Assembly (NCBI GenBank): GCA_951406725.2
Contig: OX597815.1
Location: 213,714,001 to 213,778,000, forward strand
Direction of reading: 5' to 3'
Source: Octopus vulgaris
Lineage: Eukaryota
DNA: 64,000 nucleotides
This document shows positions 10,991 to 24,552 of the stretch, piece after piece; positions within the stretch are counted from its first letter, which is position 1; the number at the start of each line of letters is the position of its first letter. Made by a program: the position numbers and the translations under genes. The notes under the pieces are model-generated. The model ran no database searches. It saw nothing but the letters and a program-made list of their open reading frames with translations, and was not told the DNA's origin.

Positions 10991-11130
10991 ACGGGATTTT
11001 TTTAGTTTCTCCGTCTGCCAAATCCACTCACGGGCTTCTGGTCGAACCGAGGCTATAGTAGAAGACACAGTGGGACTGAACCCCGAATCATAAGGTTGGG
11101 ATGCAAACGTCTTACCTCACAGCCACGCCA
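9846..11130 (-). mobile_element. SINE family B copy interrupted in its internal microsatellite by another repeat (about 10140-10945)
   Basis: 3' half (GCAGCCATGCTGGAGCACCGCC...GTTACGGGGACGTAAACA) at 9846-10100. 5' half (CCAAATCCACTCAC...CACAGCCACGCC) at 10990-11130. Confidence 0.7.
10140..10945 (+). mobile_element. Interspersed repeat related to 15848-16140, ending in (TA)n, possibly Penelope-derived
   Basis: Shares the block AGTTTTTCCT..GGGCTGGCC.GAT....AATCTCAAG..TAA.CAGC.GAAATT...CGAT.ATC.GG..CT.GACTGAAGA with 15970-16055. Confidence 0.55.
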
Positions 11131-11553
11131 GTTAAAAAATGTACCTTGAGGCATGTGAATATTACTCGGACCAGCTGAGGATACTCTTCTCTGCATCAGT
11201 CAGCATCACTGGCAATTATTACTTTATTAGTATAAGCAGAAAAAAAAGCATCTGTGGAGCGGTAGAGATAAACGTTGCAAATGTCTGCTTGTTGAGTATT
11301 TGTCGTTTACTGTGTTTTGAAGGTGACTCTCTTTATTGTTTTTGTAGACAGCATTGTTTGCAAATATCTGAAGAGAAAAACGAAATGTCAGAAATAATTA
11401 AACTTCCTCGATTACTTTGGTGTAAAATATACTCCAAATAGTTGAGAATGACCCGTATTATATTAAGCTAAATGAAATAAAATATGTCATTCACTTTCAA
11501 ACGGTAATTATCCAGAATTTTAGGGTTGTCAAAATCACGAAGAAAAGTTTTGA

Positions 11554-11700
<147 letters not shown>

Positions 11701-11984
11701 AAAAATGCAGCACACACCACCGCATCAGCTCAAAGGTGCAACAAATTATGCAATAGAAAGTTGCTTGAAACTATCAGATGTCGAAAAATAATAGTGGTGA
11801 TGATGATGATGGTGATGATGATGGTGATGAACGTTACTTTACCTCAGTTTATGAGAGACAGGAGTTTCCGATGAAACTCTGGTTGTAACAACGAAAAAGA
11901 AACTAGGTGTTTAAGGGAAGACCTCTCTCGCTCAGCAGTGGTTCAGTAAAGAGGCAGACTGACCACAGCTGTTATCGTAATATA

Positions 11985-13020
11985 GCATTAACACATGATA
12001 GAGTAATATCAAATGAGAAACTTTCCAGGGCAGCCTGTTGTCCCCTTTAATATTTGTCTTGTTTGATCTCCCTCAGTTTAGTATTATGGAAGACAAAAGC
12101 AGGATATCAGTTCAGAAATAGTCAGGGAAAATTAACCATTTGCTCTATATGGATGATCTGAAGCTTTTTAGTAAGAATGAAAAAGAGATTCCTTAATACA
12201 GACTGTAAGGCTCTGCAGCAAATATATAATCATGGAATTTGGCATGGATAAATGTATAATATTAGTCATGAGAAGGGGACAGGTAGTCAACAGCGAAGGC
12301 GTCCAATTACCAGATGACCAGTCATTAAAATCATTGAAAGGAGGAGAGAGAGTTATAAGTATCTAGGTAGGTATATTAGAATCTGACATCGTACTAAGTT
12401 TAGAAATGAAAACGAAAATTGAGGAGTACATCAGCTGGGTAAGGAAGCGAATGAAGTCAAAGCTAAATGGTTCGAATCTAGTGAATCTATGACAATCTAG
12501 GGAGAGTAATCCACTGGAAGCTATGTAGAAAGCTAGGGTTTGAACAAACCGGTAAATGGTATGAACATGAACCTAGTAGAGTACTAGAAAGTAAGAAATA
12601 TACGATATTGTAGGACTTTAACATTTAGACTGACAGAGTAATAGAAGCTACAAGGCCTGATTTTAGTAGTAGTAGATAAAGAAAATAGAAAGTGCCAGGC
12701 AACTGACTTTTCAGTCCCAAATGATGAAAAAAAATCGATATGAGAGGTATAGAGAAAATAGCAAAGTACCAGGACCTAGCCATTGAATTACAGAGACTAT
12801 AGTAAGGGCGGTTAAAATGTATCCCAATAGTTATAGGTACATTGGGAAGTATCCCTAAAGATCTGAACAGATGGATAGGGGAAATAGGCATAAAACCTGG
12901 TTTAGTACAGCTCTAGAAAACAGTGTTATTAGGGTCAGCTAGGGTACTTAGGAGGGTTCTTGGCATCTAAGATTACTTGTTGCAGCCCTATGTTGGGATT
13001 TTCTTTTCTTTTCCAGCAGT
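11985..13020 (+). mobile_element. Decayed RLE-type non-LTR retrotransposon (R4/Dong-like), RT plus restriction-like endonuclease
   Basis: Translated pieces include INHLLYMDDLKLFSKNEKE, EFGMDKC, YKYLG, KWYEHEP, RPD, EKIAKYQDLAIEL and PIVIGTLG. Many frameshifts. Confidence 0.85.
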
Positions 13021-13069
13021 CCAATCTGTTGTGTGTATATGAATCCTTCCTACTAAAGGCATAACGCCT

Positions 13070-13225
13070 GCAATTAAATTTTTTCTTTGTAGGTTGAGGG
13101 ACTAGTTGATTACATCGGCCCCAGTGCTCCACTGGTATTTAATTTATCGACTCTGAAAGAATGAAAGGCAAAGTTGACATCGGCAGAATTTGAACTCAGA
13201 ACGTAACGACGGACGAAATGCAGCT
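13070..13225 (-). mobile_element. SINE family A fragment
   Basis: GAATGAAAGGCAAAGTTGAC..CGGCAGAATTTGAACTCAGAACG. Confidence 0.8.
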
Positions 13226-13231
13226 CAAATG

Positions 13232-13441
13232 TGGCGAGATCCAGAACGAATCGCAGAAGGTCCTCGACTCGCTTACGGAAAACGACTTCCAGGCTGGATT
13301 CCAAAAGTGGTATGAACGCCAGGATCAGTGTATTGCTGCGCAAAGTGACTGTTTCGAAGGAGATTGACGTTAAAAGTTAGGTAAATAAATTATTTTCTGA
13401 TAAACATAAGTAGTCCAGGAACCTTCTGATACCACCTCGTA
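13232..13441 (+). mobile_element. Mariner transposon 3' fragment (transposase C-terminus and terminal repeat)
   Basis: EIQNESQKVLDSLTENDFQAGFQKWYERQDQCIAAQSDCFEGD* resembles the mariner W..RW.KCI...G.YFEGD terminus. Ends ...ACCACCTCG-TA. Confidence 0.8.
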
Positions 13442-14159
13442 AGTGACTATAATGCTGAAAATGGGGCGCCTCTGTTTCTACTTCTGTTCCATCTAATCTC
13501 AGAGCTTCCACTGTCAGTGTTGTAAGAAACAGCAACAGTAACATCTGCTATAGTTTACATTTCTATCATTCAAGGATTTCTCCTCCACTTTTTCTGTTTT
13601 TCTTCTTTGCTTTCTGCTTCTGGGCAGACTACAACTGAACACGTTCTTTTAAGTCACTTTTACATTTTCTATCTTCTTGTACTGTTCATCAATGGTGACA
13701 ACGAATCACGGGATCATGCTGGCACCAATATCTTTGATTCTAACCTTTTATTTTTCCTGTTCATGTACTGCAGTACCTGCATATTGGCTGGCAAGCAACG
13801 CACATTTCATGTCTCCCTTTTTGCTCTGTTCTAAATCTTCTGTATGTCAGCCCTTGAACAAGAGAACGGACATCCTTCTACACATCGATAGAATCCTCTG
13901 ATTTTAGAACATATCGTAAAACTCCTTGTTACTTCCAAAAAACAGAGATATGCCCTTTTCCTCCTTGCTTTTTCTTTTTAAATAAAATCCTTGAAAGAAG
14001 AGCTATTCTGTCAGCGACGTACCTCGTCCACATTTATTCCGACATAACCTCGTTCTCCTTTCTTCTTGGCTCTGCCTTGTATTCAGTACTTCTTGTGACG
14101 TTAGCAAACGATACACTTTTGTAACGCTACTGTTGTTGTTGTTGCTCTTGTTAGATTTC

Positions 14160-14470
14160 ATACTACTTTACTCTTTTGCACACTGCCGTCATTTGACTGC
14201 TGTCATGCTGGAGCACCACCGTAAAGGGTTTCAGTTAAAGAAACCGATCGCAGGACTTATTCTTTGTAATCTTAGTACTTATTCTATCAGTCTCTTTTGC
14301 CGAACCGCTACTTTACGGGAACCACCACCATCCATAGTCAAGAGATCGTGGGGGAACAAATACAGACACAAACACCCCCCCACACACACACACGCACGCA
14401 CACACACACACATACACACGTGCAACAGGCTTCTTTCAGTTTCTCTCTACCAAATCTACTCACAAAGCTT
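14160..14470 (-). mobile_element. SINE family B 3' portion
   Basis: CATTTGACTGC.GTCATGCTGGAGCACC...GGCTTCTTTCAGTTTC..TCTACCAAATC.ACTCACAA. Confidence 0.8.
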
Positions 14471-14554
14471 TGAAATACTAAAGAGCTCTTTTCCATAAGA
14501 TAATCAGGGCAAAAATTAATTTCTTAATGTCAGAGACGTCCATATGCATCTATC

Positions 14555-14806
<252 letters not shown>

Positions 14807-15405
14807 TGGTAAATGAATAAATAAATCCTGGGAGGATTCGAGGTGTTGAAATAATATAAAGAGTATAAACATTGTCATCCGGATCTTTCCCCAGCAAACA
14901 TTCACAGATCAGAAATATCAAGTACTGTTTGCTGAATCTTGAGGTCATGTTCCATGTTTATGGCCAACGTCGGAAATCATATCAAAAGATGATGTCAAAG
15001 GAAGGCCATGTGTTAAGAGATGAAACCAAGTGCATTACGCGTATGTTATATACACAAATAACTACATATGCATGTATGTGTGTGTTTATGTATATGTGTA
15101 TGTATGTATGGTTGTGTGTGTGTGCGTTCGTTCTAATATATAGATACTGATAAAGACATAGAAGTATATTAACATATATCTGTCATTGCTTGTTTTCCCG
15201 CCTGCACGTGTGGGTACATATCGGCATCTATTATGAGAATAGTGTGGAGTAGGACTGAAATATATTGAAACCGAGTGAATATAGCAAACAAATGATGAAT
15301 AGGAATTATAGGCAGACAGGAATTAATAGGGACAAGCAGACACACAGACATATAGGCAGATGGAAAGCTAGGTAAACATTCTAGTTAATACACACACACA
15401 CACAC

Positions 15406-15472
<67 letters not shown>

Positions 15473-15475
<3 letters not shown>

Positions 15476-15825
15476 TGTTTGTTTGGTGTTGTTTGGTTGG
15501 GAGCTGACTCTTCTCCATCAGGTGATACCCGTCTGTTAAGATTGAGGGCATCACCGTCAATGGATGCCCTTGGAGGTGCAACGTGATCAGAGACAGGACC
15601 CGGCAAAGCAGGGGCTGGACCTACATCCGCAGGTATACCATTAGGTCTGGTTCCCTGGGGAAGAGGAACCCTGGTGCAGTTAATTGCACACTCTCCTACC
15701 CTGATGTAATCTCCAGGGATACAGGCATCCAGCAACAGGACCTCCGTAATGCCATGATGGACCGTGAAGTCTGGCGTAGCATGGTAAATTCCATTGTCTT
15801 GACCACGGTCGAACAATGATGGTGA
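15473..15825 (+). mobile_element. Short RTE-like LINE derivative (ORF C-terminus and (TGA)-type tail) inserted in (TA)n
   Basis: TLSYPDVISRDTGIQQQDLRNAMMDREVWRSMVNSIV resembles the RTE C-terminal A.DR..WR..V motif. Flanked by (TA)n. Confidence 0.65.
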
Positions 15826-15847
15826 TATATATATATATATATATATA

Positions 15848-16140
15848 TCGAAAGACACCCATTGATAATGTCCTGTTATTTGTATTCGTGTACCATTTCT
15901 CCGTTTTTCCCCGTCCTTGTTTTGGTATACATTCGCTGCTTTCTTCCAAGGAATCTAGTGCTCTTAAATTAGTTTTTCCTTGGGGCTGGCCAGATTGTAG
16001 CAATCTCAAGTATAACCAGCTGAAATTGCAACGATAATCTGGAACTCGACTGAAGAAAGAAAATTCCGAATGACCCGTCCTTGTTTTCTTTGTATCGTCT
16101 GTTTGGATGTTTTGCGTTCTTGTCCCATTTTTGTATTATA
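15848..16140 (+). mobile_element. Interspersed repeat related to 10140-10945
   Basis: Shared sequence block. Flanked by (TA)n on both sides. Confidence 0.55.
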
Positions 16141-16175
16141 TATATATATATATATAACATGTGTCCCATTTTTTG

Positions 16176-16215
<40 letters not shown>

Positions 16216-16217
16216 CA

Positions 16218-16428
16218 TGTGATCTCTTGAGCACCACCAGCAAAAAATTTTTTTTCCTCTGTCTTCCCTTCTCGGGATCTTTCCTTCTTCTTTGTTTCCG
16301 ACGAAGAGCTCCGCTCGAAATGTTAAACCCCCCTTCCCTTCTTTCCTGAGCGTCAAATAATACTTTAATTGTTCCACGTCCTCGCGTTGCTGTGTTTTTT
16401 TTCTGTGTTTTCTTGTTTGGATTAACTT

Positions 16429-16432
<4 letters not shown>
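16218..16432 (+). mobile_element. Penelope-like pLTR-type repeat with minimal hammerhead variant (16294-16328)
   Basis: GTTT-CCGACGA-A-GAGC-TCC-GCTC-GAAA-TGTT-AAAC. Same family as 29753-29958 and 57934-57990. Confidence 0.65.
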
Positions 16433-16489
<57 letters not shown>

Positions 16490-16594
16490 GTACAAGAACA
16501 TATACGTCGGTCATACAACACCCACATTTTAGTCAGACAGCCAAGAATTTCCCGCTTCAGTTTTTTCAGTTTTTTTTTCGTTGTTTAATAATCG

Positions 16595-17190
16595 TTTCAA
16601 CTGTAGGTACAAGTCTTGAAATTTTGTAGGAGGTTAGTCGATTACATTGACATCAGTGCTTAACTGATACTTAATTTATCCACCTCCGAAAGAACGAGAA
16701 GTAAAGCCGACTTAATTTGAACCCAGAACGTAAAGTAGAAGAAACGCCACCAAGCGTTTTGTTCGGCGTGCTAATGATTCTGCCAGCTCGTCGTCGTAAT
16801 AATCACTGTCTCAAATTTTGGCGCAAGGCCAGCAATTTTGGGAAAGGGTTAAGTCGATTACATCGCCCCCCCCCCCCAGCGCACGACTCGTACTTATTTT
16901 CATCGACCCCGAAAGATTGAAAGGCAAAACCGAATTCGGCAGAATTTAAACTCGGACCGGAAAGACGAACGAAATGTGCGGCATACTTACTATTCTGCTA
17001 ATTCGCTGTTTAGCGTCATTTCTTCCGGTTTCTACGTCCTGGGTTTATATTCCGCTGTGCTCGACTTTACCTTTCATTCTTTTGGGGTCTATGGAATAAG
17101 CACCTGTGAAGTACTGGGGTCGATGTAATTCACTGTTCCCATATCCCTTCTACACTCAAATTTCAGGCCTTGTGCCGCCTATAGTAAAAA
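16595..17190. mobile_element. Cluster of SINE family A fragments (two minus, one plus)
   Basis: Repeated TTTATCGACCCCGAAAG..TGAAAGGCAAA and CCTTTCATTCTTTTGGGGTC blocks. Confidence 0.75.
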
Positions 17191-18052
17191 AGATCACTGT
17201 AAGATAGGTATCCCACAACTCTAGTTCTTCTTTTCAAAACCAGAAAATACTTCATTTCCTCCTTCGTTACTGATATTCTACAAAGCTCAGGTCTACTCAC
17301 ACTAATGGTCATCACTGATTGTGTATGAGTAACCATTCACCCATACAGCTCTAGCTTCCGGCGCACAGACGTATAGTTCTTTTCTCTCAGCCTTTTATAC
17401 TGCTGTTATGACGGCCTCTGATTCTCGAAGATGGCTCGTCTCATACCATTTCGCTCGTCTCCTCCTCCTCGTATGACCCCCCACCTCCATGTTGTGCCCA
17501 TCCCTCTCCCACCACACACCCACCGCTACACACAACAATTCTTGCGCAGAAACGTCAGACCACGGGATCTCTTGAACGGCATTAATCTCACGGATCGAGG
17601 AAGGCCTGCCAAGGCCATGATCACTACTCTTTCCTCCAAACCCAATATGTAAAAAAAAAGAGAAAGAAAGAAAAAGAAAGAAAAGAAAAGAAAGAAAGAA
17701 AGAAAGAATGAAAGGGTACACGGTCCTAAATATATCGAGTATAGGAACAACTAGCGTTCGACTAGTATTGATTTAATCGATTTAGAAAAGATAACAAGAA
17801 AATCTCAACCCGCCAGGATTTGAATTCATGCTGAGAAGAAACGGTGTTGAGCTCTTTGCTTGACGGTTGACTGTTTCTGCTGCTCTACCGTCTTTCCTTC
17901 TGTTGTATTAATGATGAGTCCTGTAGACATCCGATGCTTTGTTTTTATTCGTTTGTTCCTTTGTAACGAAAGAATCCTTCTGGTTAATGTTGGTTAATGC
18001 TTCTGTCAGAGATGAAGATAATGATGAGGATAATAGTAGTAGTAGTAGTGGC

Positions 18053-18116
<64 letters not shown>

Positions 18117-19092
18117 ATCCTTTTCGCGAGTATGGTTTGGCTGTGAACCAAGAGCGAAATATGGGTCAAGCGTTCGAGTACTGAATCAGTTTTGGTTATG
18201 TTCAGGAGAAAGGAAAACATTGAGAGAAAAGTTTTAACAATGACTAAGTTGTTTTGTGATCATATCAGAAAGTAAAAAAAAAGATCTACAATGAAAAAAA
18301 AAATAATAAGAAGAATAACAAAAAAAGAACACGAAAAGAAAAAGAGAACGAAAAAATAGTAAAAGGAACAGAAAGCAGAAAAGAAAACTAATTTTGGGTT
18401 TGTTGAGAAATCTAAACCGAGGTAGAACATCTTGACGTCATCTTTCTCATCCTTCATCCTTTCAGGTAGTTTTTACTCTGTTGACCTGCCTCTGCGATCG
18501 GACGCATTTTCAATGAGTCATTCACAAAAATGTTCTTCTACCACAAAGGCCAACCAAAAGAGATAGTAAGACTATGGAGCGAAGGAAATTGGAAGCACTC
18601 AAGAATGCAGGATTGTTCTTTCCTTTCTTTTTTTTCCTCTCCCCACTCCGCCTCGCCCCCCTTTCTCTTTCTACATTTTATTGTCTATTTCATTGTTTTT
18701 GTTCTCTACGCTCCCCCTTCCTACACCTTCTCCGTCTTCCTCCTCCTTAAGCCCCCTTCCTCCTCCTCCTCCTCCACCTCTTTATTCTCTACTATCGGGC
18801 AGATGGTATGACGTACGCTTGGAAATAGCAGAGGAATTCGATTCATTTCTAATTGTGCGCAGCAGCGAAGATTCAGTGGAATGGCCTGTTGCCAGATATC
18901 TACCTTTGATTGACGATTTCACTGTGTTTGGTTTCGCCCCGCCCTCCCGGCCTTTTTGCTTTTTGCCGGATAGAGTTCTAATGGCTCAACTCGATAGATT
19001 TCCCACTGCTCACAGCGTTTATTAACTACTTCAAGTTCCGTTAGTTGTTATAGTTCTGTTGGATTGAGAGTGTGGGCGTATCTCTGGGAGAG

Positions 19093-19124
<32 letters not shown>

Positions 19125-19445
19125 TTCTTCTTCTTCTTCTTCTTCTTCTTCTTCTTCTTCTTCTTCTTCTTCTTCTCGTCCTCCTCCTTCTCCTCCTCGT
19201 CCTCCTCGTCCTCCTCCTCCTACACCTACTTCTACTTGTTGTTGTTGTTCTTCTACTTGTTGTTCTCCTCCTCCCTCTACTTCTACTTGTTGGTGCTGTT
19301 GTTGTTCTTTTTCTTCTTCTTCTACTTGTTGTTCTCCTCCTCCCTCTACTGCTACTTGTTGTTGTTGTTGTTCTTCTTCTTTTTCTTGTCCCCCCTCCTC
19401 CTCCTCCATCTGCTGCTTCTTCTTCTTCTTCTTCTTCATCCTCCT
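19093..19445. repeat. Compound trinucleotide low-complexity tract (TCA/TCT/CCT/TTG)
   Basis: Direct reading. Contains short internal duplications of TCTACTTGTTGTTCTCCTCCTCCCTCTACT. Confidence 0.9.
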
Positions 19446-19514
19446 TCCCGTTCACTCAACAGCATTTCTTCTTCTTTTCTTCGTTTTTTCTTGCTGTAGT
19501 AGAATCTATCGACA

Positions 19515-19755
19515 ATGTTTAGGATGCTACAAAACAAACCTGGTGTCAACAAATCACAAACAATCACAACAAAAAACAACAACCTACAACAGGTTCACAC
19601 GGGATCTGGCAATAGAACGAGGAATAATAGTAATAATGGTAAGAACTGGAGTCGCTGCTTCAGATTCTGTTGGCGTAAAAGATATGGAATTGCCGGAGCT
19701 GCAAGCATAAAAATTCAGCAGAAGGCAAAACGTATCGGAATGCTTCCACCAAAAG
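19515..19755 (+). CDS. Candidate first coding exon of an unidentified gene
   Basis: Non-repeat ORF MFRMLQNKPG...NWSRCFRFCWRKRYG...MLPPK with protein-like composition. Possible weak donor AG|GTTTCT at 19756, followed by T-rich intron-like sequence. Confidence 0.3.
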
Positions 19756-19829
19756 GTTTCTTTTTATTTCTTTTCCGTTTTCTTTTTATTATTTTCTCCA
19801 GTTGCTTCTAAATTGATATCTTTTAGCTT

Positions 19830-20030
19830 TTATTTGCTTCACTCATTGGACTGCGGCCAAACTGGGGCACCACCTTGAAAGGTTTGGTCTAACAAATCGA
19901 CTCCAGTACTTATTTTTAAACCTAGTATATATTTTCTTTTTTGTCGGTCACTTTTGCAGGACCGCTTGATTACGGGTACGCAAAGAAGCCAGCACCTTTT
20001 GTGAAGTGGTGGTGAGGGGACAAACACAAA
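19830..20030 (-). mobile_element. SINE family B 3' fragment
   Basis: CATTGGACTGCGGCCA.ACTGGGGCACCACCTTGAA. Confidence 0.7.
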
Positions 20031-20052
20031 TATCTTGAAATACTAAAAGTGA

Positions 20053-20340
20053 ATTTATTCAATAAAATCACGATTGGTTTCAACCACGGCCTCCAGACGA
20101 CTTCGGAATCTCCTGAAATACTTCTGGACGGTCCCCTTGTTTAAGTTGGTGAATGCTGCCGTAATCTTTGCCTTCATTTCATCTTTGGTGTTACAAAGAG
20201 TGGCGTTGGTCTCTCGCTCAACTGCGGTTCACATATGATAATAAAGTGAGTTGCTGTTTGGGGAGTTAGCTAACCAGATGCTAGGGGTGATGTGGTCGCA
20301 AAAATTGTCTGACAACCATGACTGGGTTCTCCTGCTTGTG
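20053..20340 (-). mobile_element. Tc1/mariner-superfamily (maT/DD37D-like) transposase C-terminal relic
   Basis: Minus translation TSRRTQSWLSDNFCDHITPSIWLANSPNSNSLYYHM*TAVERETN...FRSRLEAVVETNRDFIE* resembles WPPNSPDxNPLDYxVW...RLxAVVxAxGxxIE. Confidence 0.8.
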
Positions 20341-21049
20341 TGTGTATATATATATGTGTGTGTGTGTGTGTATATAATTATATATATGTATATGTATATG
20401 GATATATGTATATATAGACATTTGACAAAATTTTTGTTACGTTTTTGGTCCCCTCAAGAAAACAGATAGAACTTGCTTTCTATATTATGTCCCAAAAAGT
20501 TTTTTTTATCTCATTATACCTTTTATTATTTCATATATTTTTATATTTTCACACATAATAATTTTTTCTGTACTTTTCTATCCTGCATTTTTTCCTGTGC
20601 CTATATAGACGTGTATATAGCTTCTTTTGTACACGTGTGTGAATATGTATGAGTGGGCAGTTTTAGATGTGTGCGTGTATGCGGGCATAAGGATGCCTAT
20701 ATATATATAGACGTTTTTACTTAGTATTTTTACAATCTTTTTAGTTTTTTTGTCACATGTGGGCATGATCCGAAAAGTTCTGTCCTTGAGTTTAGACACG
20801 TAGTAGGGTCTAAGCTGGTTTTCCACATAAGCCATCTCTCCATGTCGCATAGACCGCACTTTCCGCTGCCGTTGGTGTAGGGCTTACATTTGGCCAAAAT
20901 CTTCCAATGGATGTTATAATTGACACCTTTATCTTTTAATGACCAAATAGATTAGATAATTTTGTCGCTTTTCTTTTGTTCCAGTGACTAAAACTCAATG
21001 TGTGGTTATTGAACCTGGCCTTGAAATTACTCTCTGTAAGGCCCACGTA

Positions 21050-21490
21050 TATCTATTATATAAAATCCGTTCTGTCTGTCTGTGTGTGTGTGCGTCTTTT
21101 AGGGTCTCGGGCATCCTCCATCCGATCGCGCTCAAATTTGATATGTAGATACTGACGGTATTGGGGCGTGTATAAGTCTTGAAAAAATTACAAAAATCGA
21201 TTCCAGGTGAGAATGCGATCGATAAAGCCGTTTTTGTCCTGCTTTTCTTCCGTCAACCTGTACATAACTGCACCTTCCATTTTTGTTGTTTTTGTACTGC
21301 TTAAAGGCACGTTTCTTTCCTGCCAAGCTTACTGTTTAAACCATGTTTGTGTTCTCCCAGTCAGCAGCCTTATCATAACTGGTGCTTTAAACTCTTCGGT
21401 TGCATATTTGTGTGAATAAAATCGTTTTTCTTTGGAATAGATAAAAAGTCTATCTTTATTTCTTCTTTTGCTGGTGTCTCAAATTTTGGT
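21050..21490 (+). mobile_element. Non-autonomous Helitron-like element, 5' part
   Basis: TCTATTATATAAAA start, then (CTGT)n and CCGATCGCGCTCAAATTTG, typical of animal non-autonomous Helitrons. 3' limit uncertain. Confidence 0.55.
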
Positions 21491-22133
21491 TAAATCAGTG
21501 TTTCTCAAAGGGGAGGCCAATGGGATGGTCGGACAAGTTGTTTTGAGAAAATTTGGTTTAAATGTTTGACAACTCAGCACCGTTCATGAACGGGGGGGGG
21601 GGCGTTTTGCTCGTACACACATACACACACACAAACAGATATATATATATATATATATATATATTTGTCACAGTCAAACGGTCACACATTTCAGAGTAGG
21701 CAGCTGTGTAATAGGTGGGATTCTTTCGTTGAATAAAATAAGTTTATGAGATAGTTACCAGCAATAAACTGAGGTTGATTTCTTCCGTTATTCAAGTTCC
21801 GTTGTAGAACTGGTCTTTTTTGTCTAACTATAAAGTAATCAACAAATTGCATGTGTGATCCATTCGGCAAAATTATTTCCAACACACGATTTCTAGACTG
21901 CCGATTCTATTCTGTTCTGCACAGACTCGGACGTGTGTGTGTGCGTGTACGCATCTATGTCTGCATGCTTGTGTTTAGGTCTTTCTACGAACGCTGTAGA
22001 TTTGGCAGGCTCCAGAGGAGACGAGATCAGGGAATTCACGTATCAACTCTCATTGACTATAGTCAGAATGTTCAAAAAGACAACGCCTCCATTTATGGCG
22101 CGACCTCATATTTACGAATACGAGTGTAGAAAC

Positions 22134-22185
<52 letters not shown>

Positions 22186-22551
22186 TGTGCATAAACGTGT
22201 TTATGTGCGTCAGTGTTGTGTCAAAGATCTGTGCGTGAAGGCAACTTCTTGCTAAGCTCTTTGCTTATCTCTATCAAGTAAGCAGCGAGCGAGGCGGAGA
22301 TAAGAATGCTTTTCTTATTGTGCTCTTCATGCACACAGATTAACGTACGTGATAATATATAATTCTGTTAGATTGACAATCTAATCGCCTTTCGTCGACA
22401 TATATCCATTCATTCGTCCTCTCATCCACTCATTTATTCATCAGTGTGCACATTAAATAGACATATATGTGTGTGTGTGTGTGCGTGCGCGCGCTTTTAT
22501 TCGTGTATGTATATATATATATACATATATATGCATATAAACATATGTAGA

Positions 22552-22611
<60 letters not shown>

Positions 22612-22612
22612 A

Positions 22613-22655
<43 letters not shown>

Positions 22656-22738
22656 AACGTACAACACATACTATATATATTATATATACATATATGTATA
22701 GATATACATACTTATATATGTGTTTATATATATATGTA

Positions 22739-22769
<31 letters not shown>

Positions 22770-22843
22770 GTATATATAAATATATATACAGATAGATAAC
22801 CAAGAAAAAAGCAGATTTTATACAGATAGATATATATATAGAC

Positions 22844-22894
<51 letters not shown>

Positions 22895-23830
22895 AAGAAA
22901 GAAAAAAAAAGAGAGAGAGAGAGAGAGAGAATGTGTTACTAAGCAAAATGACAATGGATTTGAAACAAGGATTTATTATATAGTTTATGGGTTCTGAATG
23001 ATGTGTAAATATTTATTTTATCCGGGAACTAAATATGAAGAATGTCAATGAGTATTCAACATGGCTCTCGATCAATTTTGTTTTATAAAAGTTGGTATAA
23101 AAATTTACATTGGATCAATTTGTGGTGAAGAGCGAAAAAGCAACGTTTCGGAAACATATTCTTTTTCAGGGCGAAAGAGTATAGGGGCTGATACCACAGC
23201 CACAACGAGGCGAGTGATAATAGAAAGCAGTGAAACAGTAATGTAGAGTGAAATACGCTGGGAGAAAGGAAGGAAAAGATAGTGTGATTGATGTGAGAGA
23301 GGGGCGTTAGTTGGTTAGTTGAAATGGGAGTGAGTGCCTGGTTAAGTGATTGAAGAGAAGAGTGAGAAAGCAGAGCGTAGGGCATGAACAAACGAATATA
23401 TACAAAATAGAATAGAGGTATTTAAAGCAGAAGTTCGAGAACAGAGGAAGAAATAAGTAATGGACTTAGAGAAATGTTAAAGATCGCAAGAGGAACATCT
23501 AGAGTGCTCCTAAATGGTATTGAACACTTTCAAAGGTCGTTGCTCTCAGCTTTTTCACTCATTTAGATCAATGAAGTCGGAAAGCTTCTAAGACCTCTTC
23601 CAAATCATCTGGAAATTCAGGGATCAAAAAGAGGGAGAATCGTCGATAATGGATTCCAGAAAAGTCAGCTAGCAAAGTGTCGGAACCGGAAGTCAGTATT
23701 ATCAACCAAGTGTTTTCTTAGTAGGTTGTTTCTTCTTAACTTCCTCCAAGTACCAATCCACTCTAAGCTTACTAACACACAGACATGGTATTTAACGAGT
23801 TTCGTGACCAAGTTCTCCTCCATGACATTG

Positions 23831-23867
<37 letters not shown>

Positions 23868-23868
<1 letters not shown>

Positions 23869-24380
23869 CTGTATAAAACGGTCCTGCATCTGCTCGTCCA
23901 GTGCCCGGGCATTGCTGACCTATGGGTTTATATCGAACACCTGCTGTCGCATGTGGGACGGATCCGGCTGTCAACTGACTCCATTGGGAAAATCGTCCCG
24001 TCGTCTTCCTTTAACCGGTGGCCATGGCAAAAGAGGTTGTATGATGGACGTGATTGAAGGGGCTGAAGACAAACACTTTTCTCTTTCGTCAATCCCTGAT
24101 GAACTTCTTCGAGTTTCACTTGAGAAGAAAACTAAGGGTAGAGAGGGAAGTGTTGTCTTCTAATTAGTTTACAGAAACGTAGATGAAAATGGTGAGAATA
24201 GCGCGAGTGAACGCCCTGAGCATACGCCTGCCGTTGGAAAAAGGAAAGAAAAAAGGCATCTGCCCCAAAAGTCAGGGTAGCCATGGTTGTTTTATGGGGG
24301 TTTTTCATGAGAAGCCCTCGAACATTGACGATTACACATTGTTGAATTCCTTTTATTTTTAATGTTAGTCTTGTTTCCAC
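23868..24380 (+). mobile_element. L1/Tx1-like LINE 3' fragment (C-terminal zinc-knuckle region)
   Basis: KTVLHLLVQCPGIADLWVYIEHLL resembles ETxxHxxxxC...W. Downstream NFFEFHLRRKLRVEREVLS. Decayed. Confidence 0.7.
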
Positions 24381-24484
24381 GCAAAACCCTCACAACAACA
24401 ACAACACACACATTCTTCGTTTTGTTCTCTTCTGTCCATCATGTTTTTCTTAATGTAAACCCTTGTGGTTAATAAAGACATATA

Positions 24485-24511
24485 TTATCATCATCATCAT
24501 CATCATCATCA

Positions 24512-24552
<41 letters not shown>

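Noticed and set aside
13660-13760. Minus-strand VVTIDEQ resembling a piggyBac catalytic motif
   Set aside because: Too short, interrupted by stops, with no further motifs.
19041-19522. Long poly-E/Q/S/L ORFs
   Set aside because: Products of trinucleotide repeats, open in several frames on both strands.
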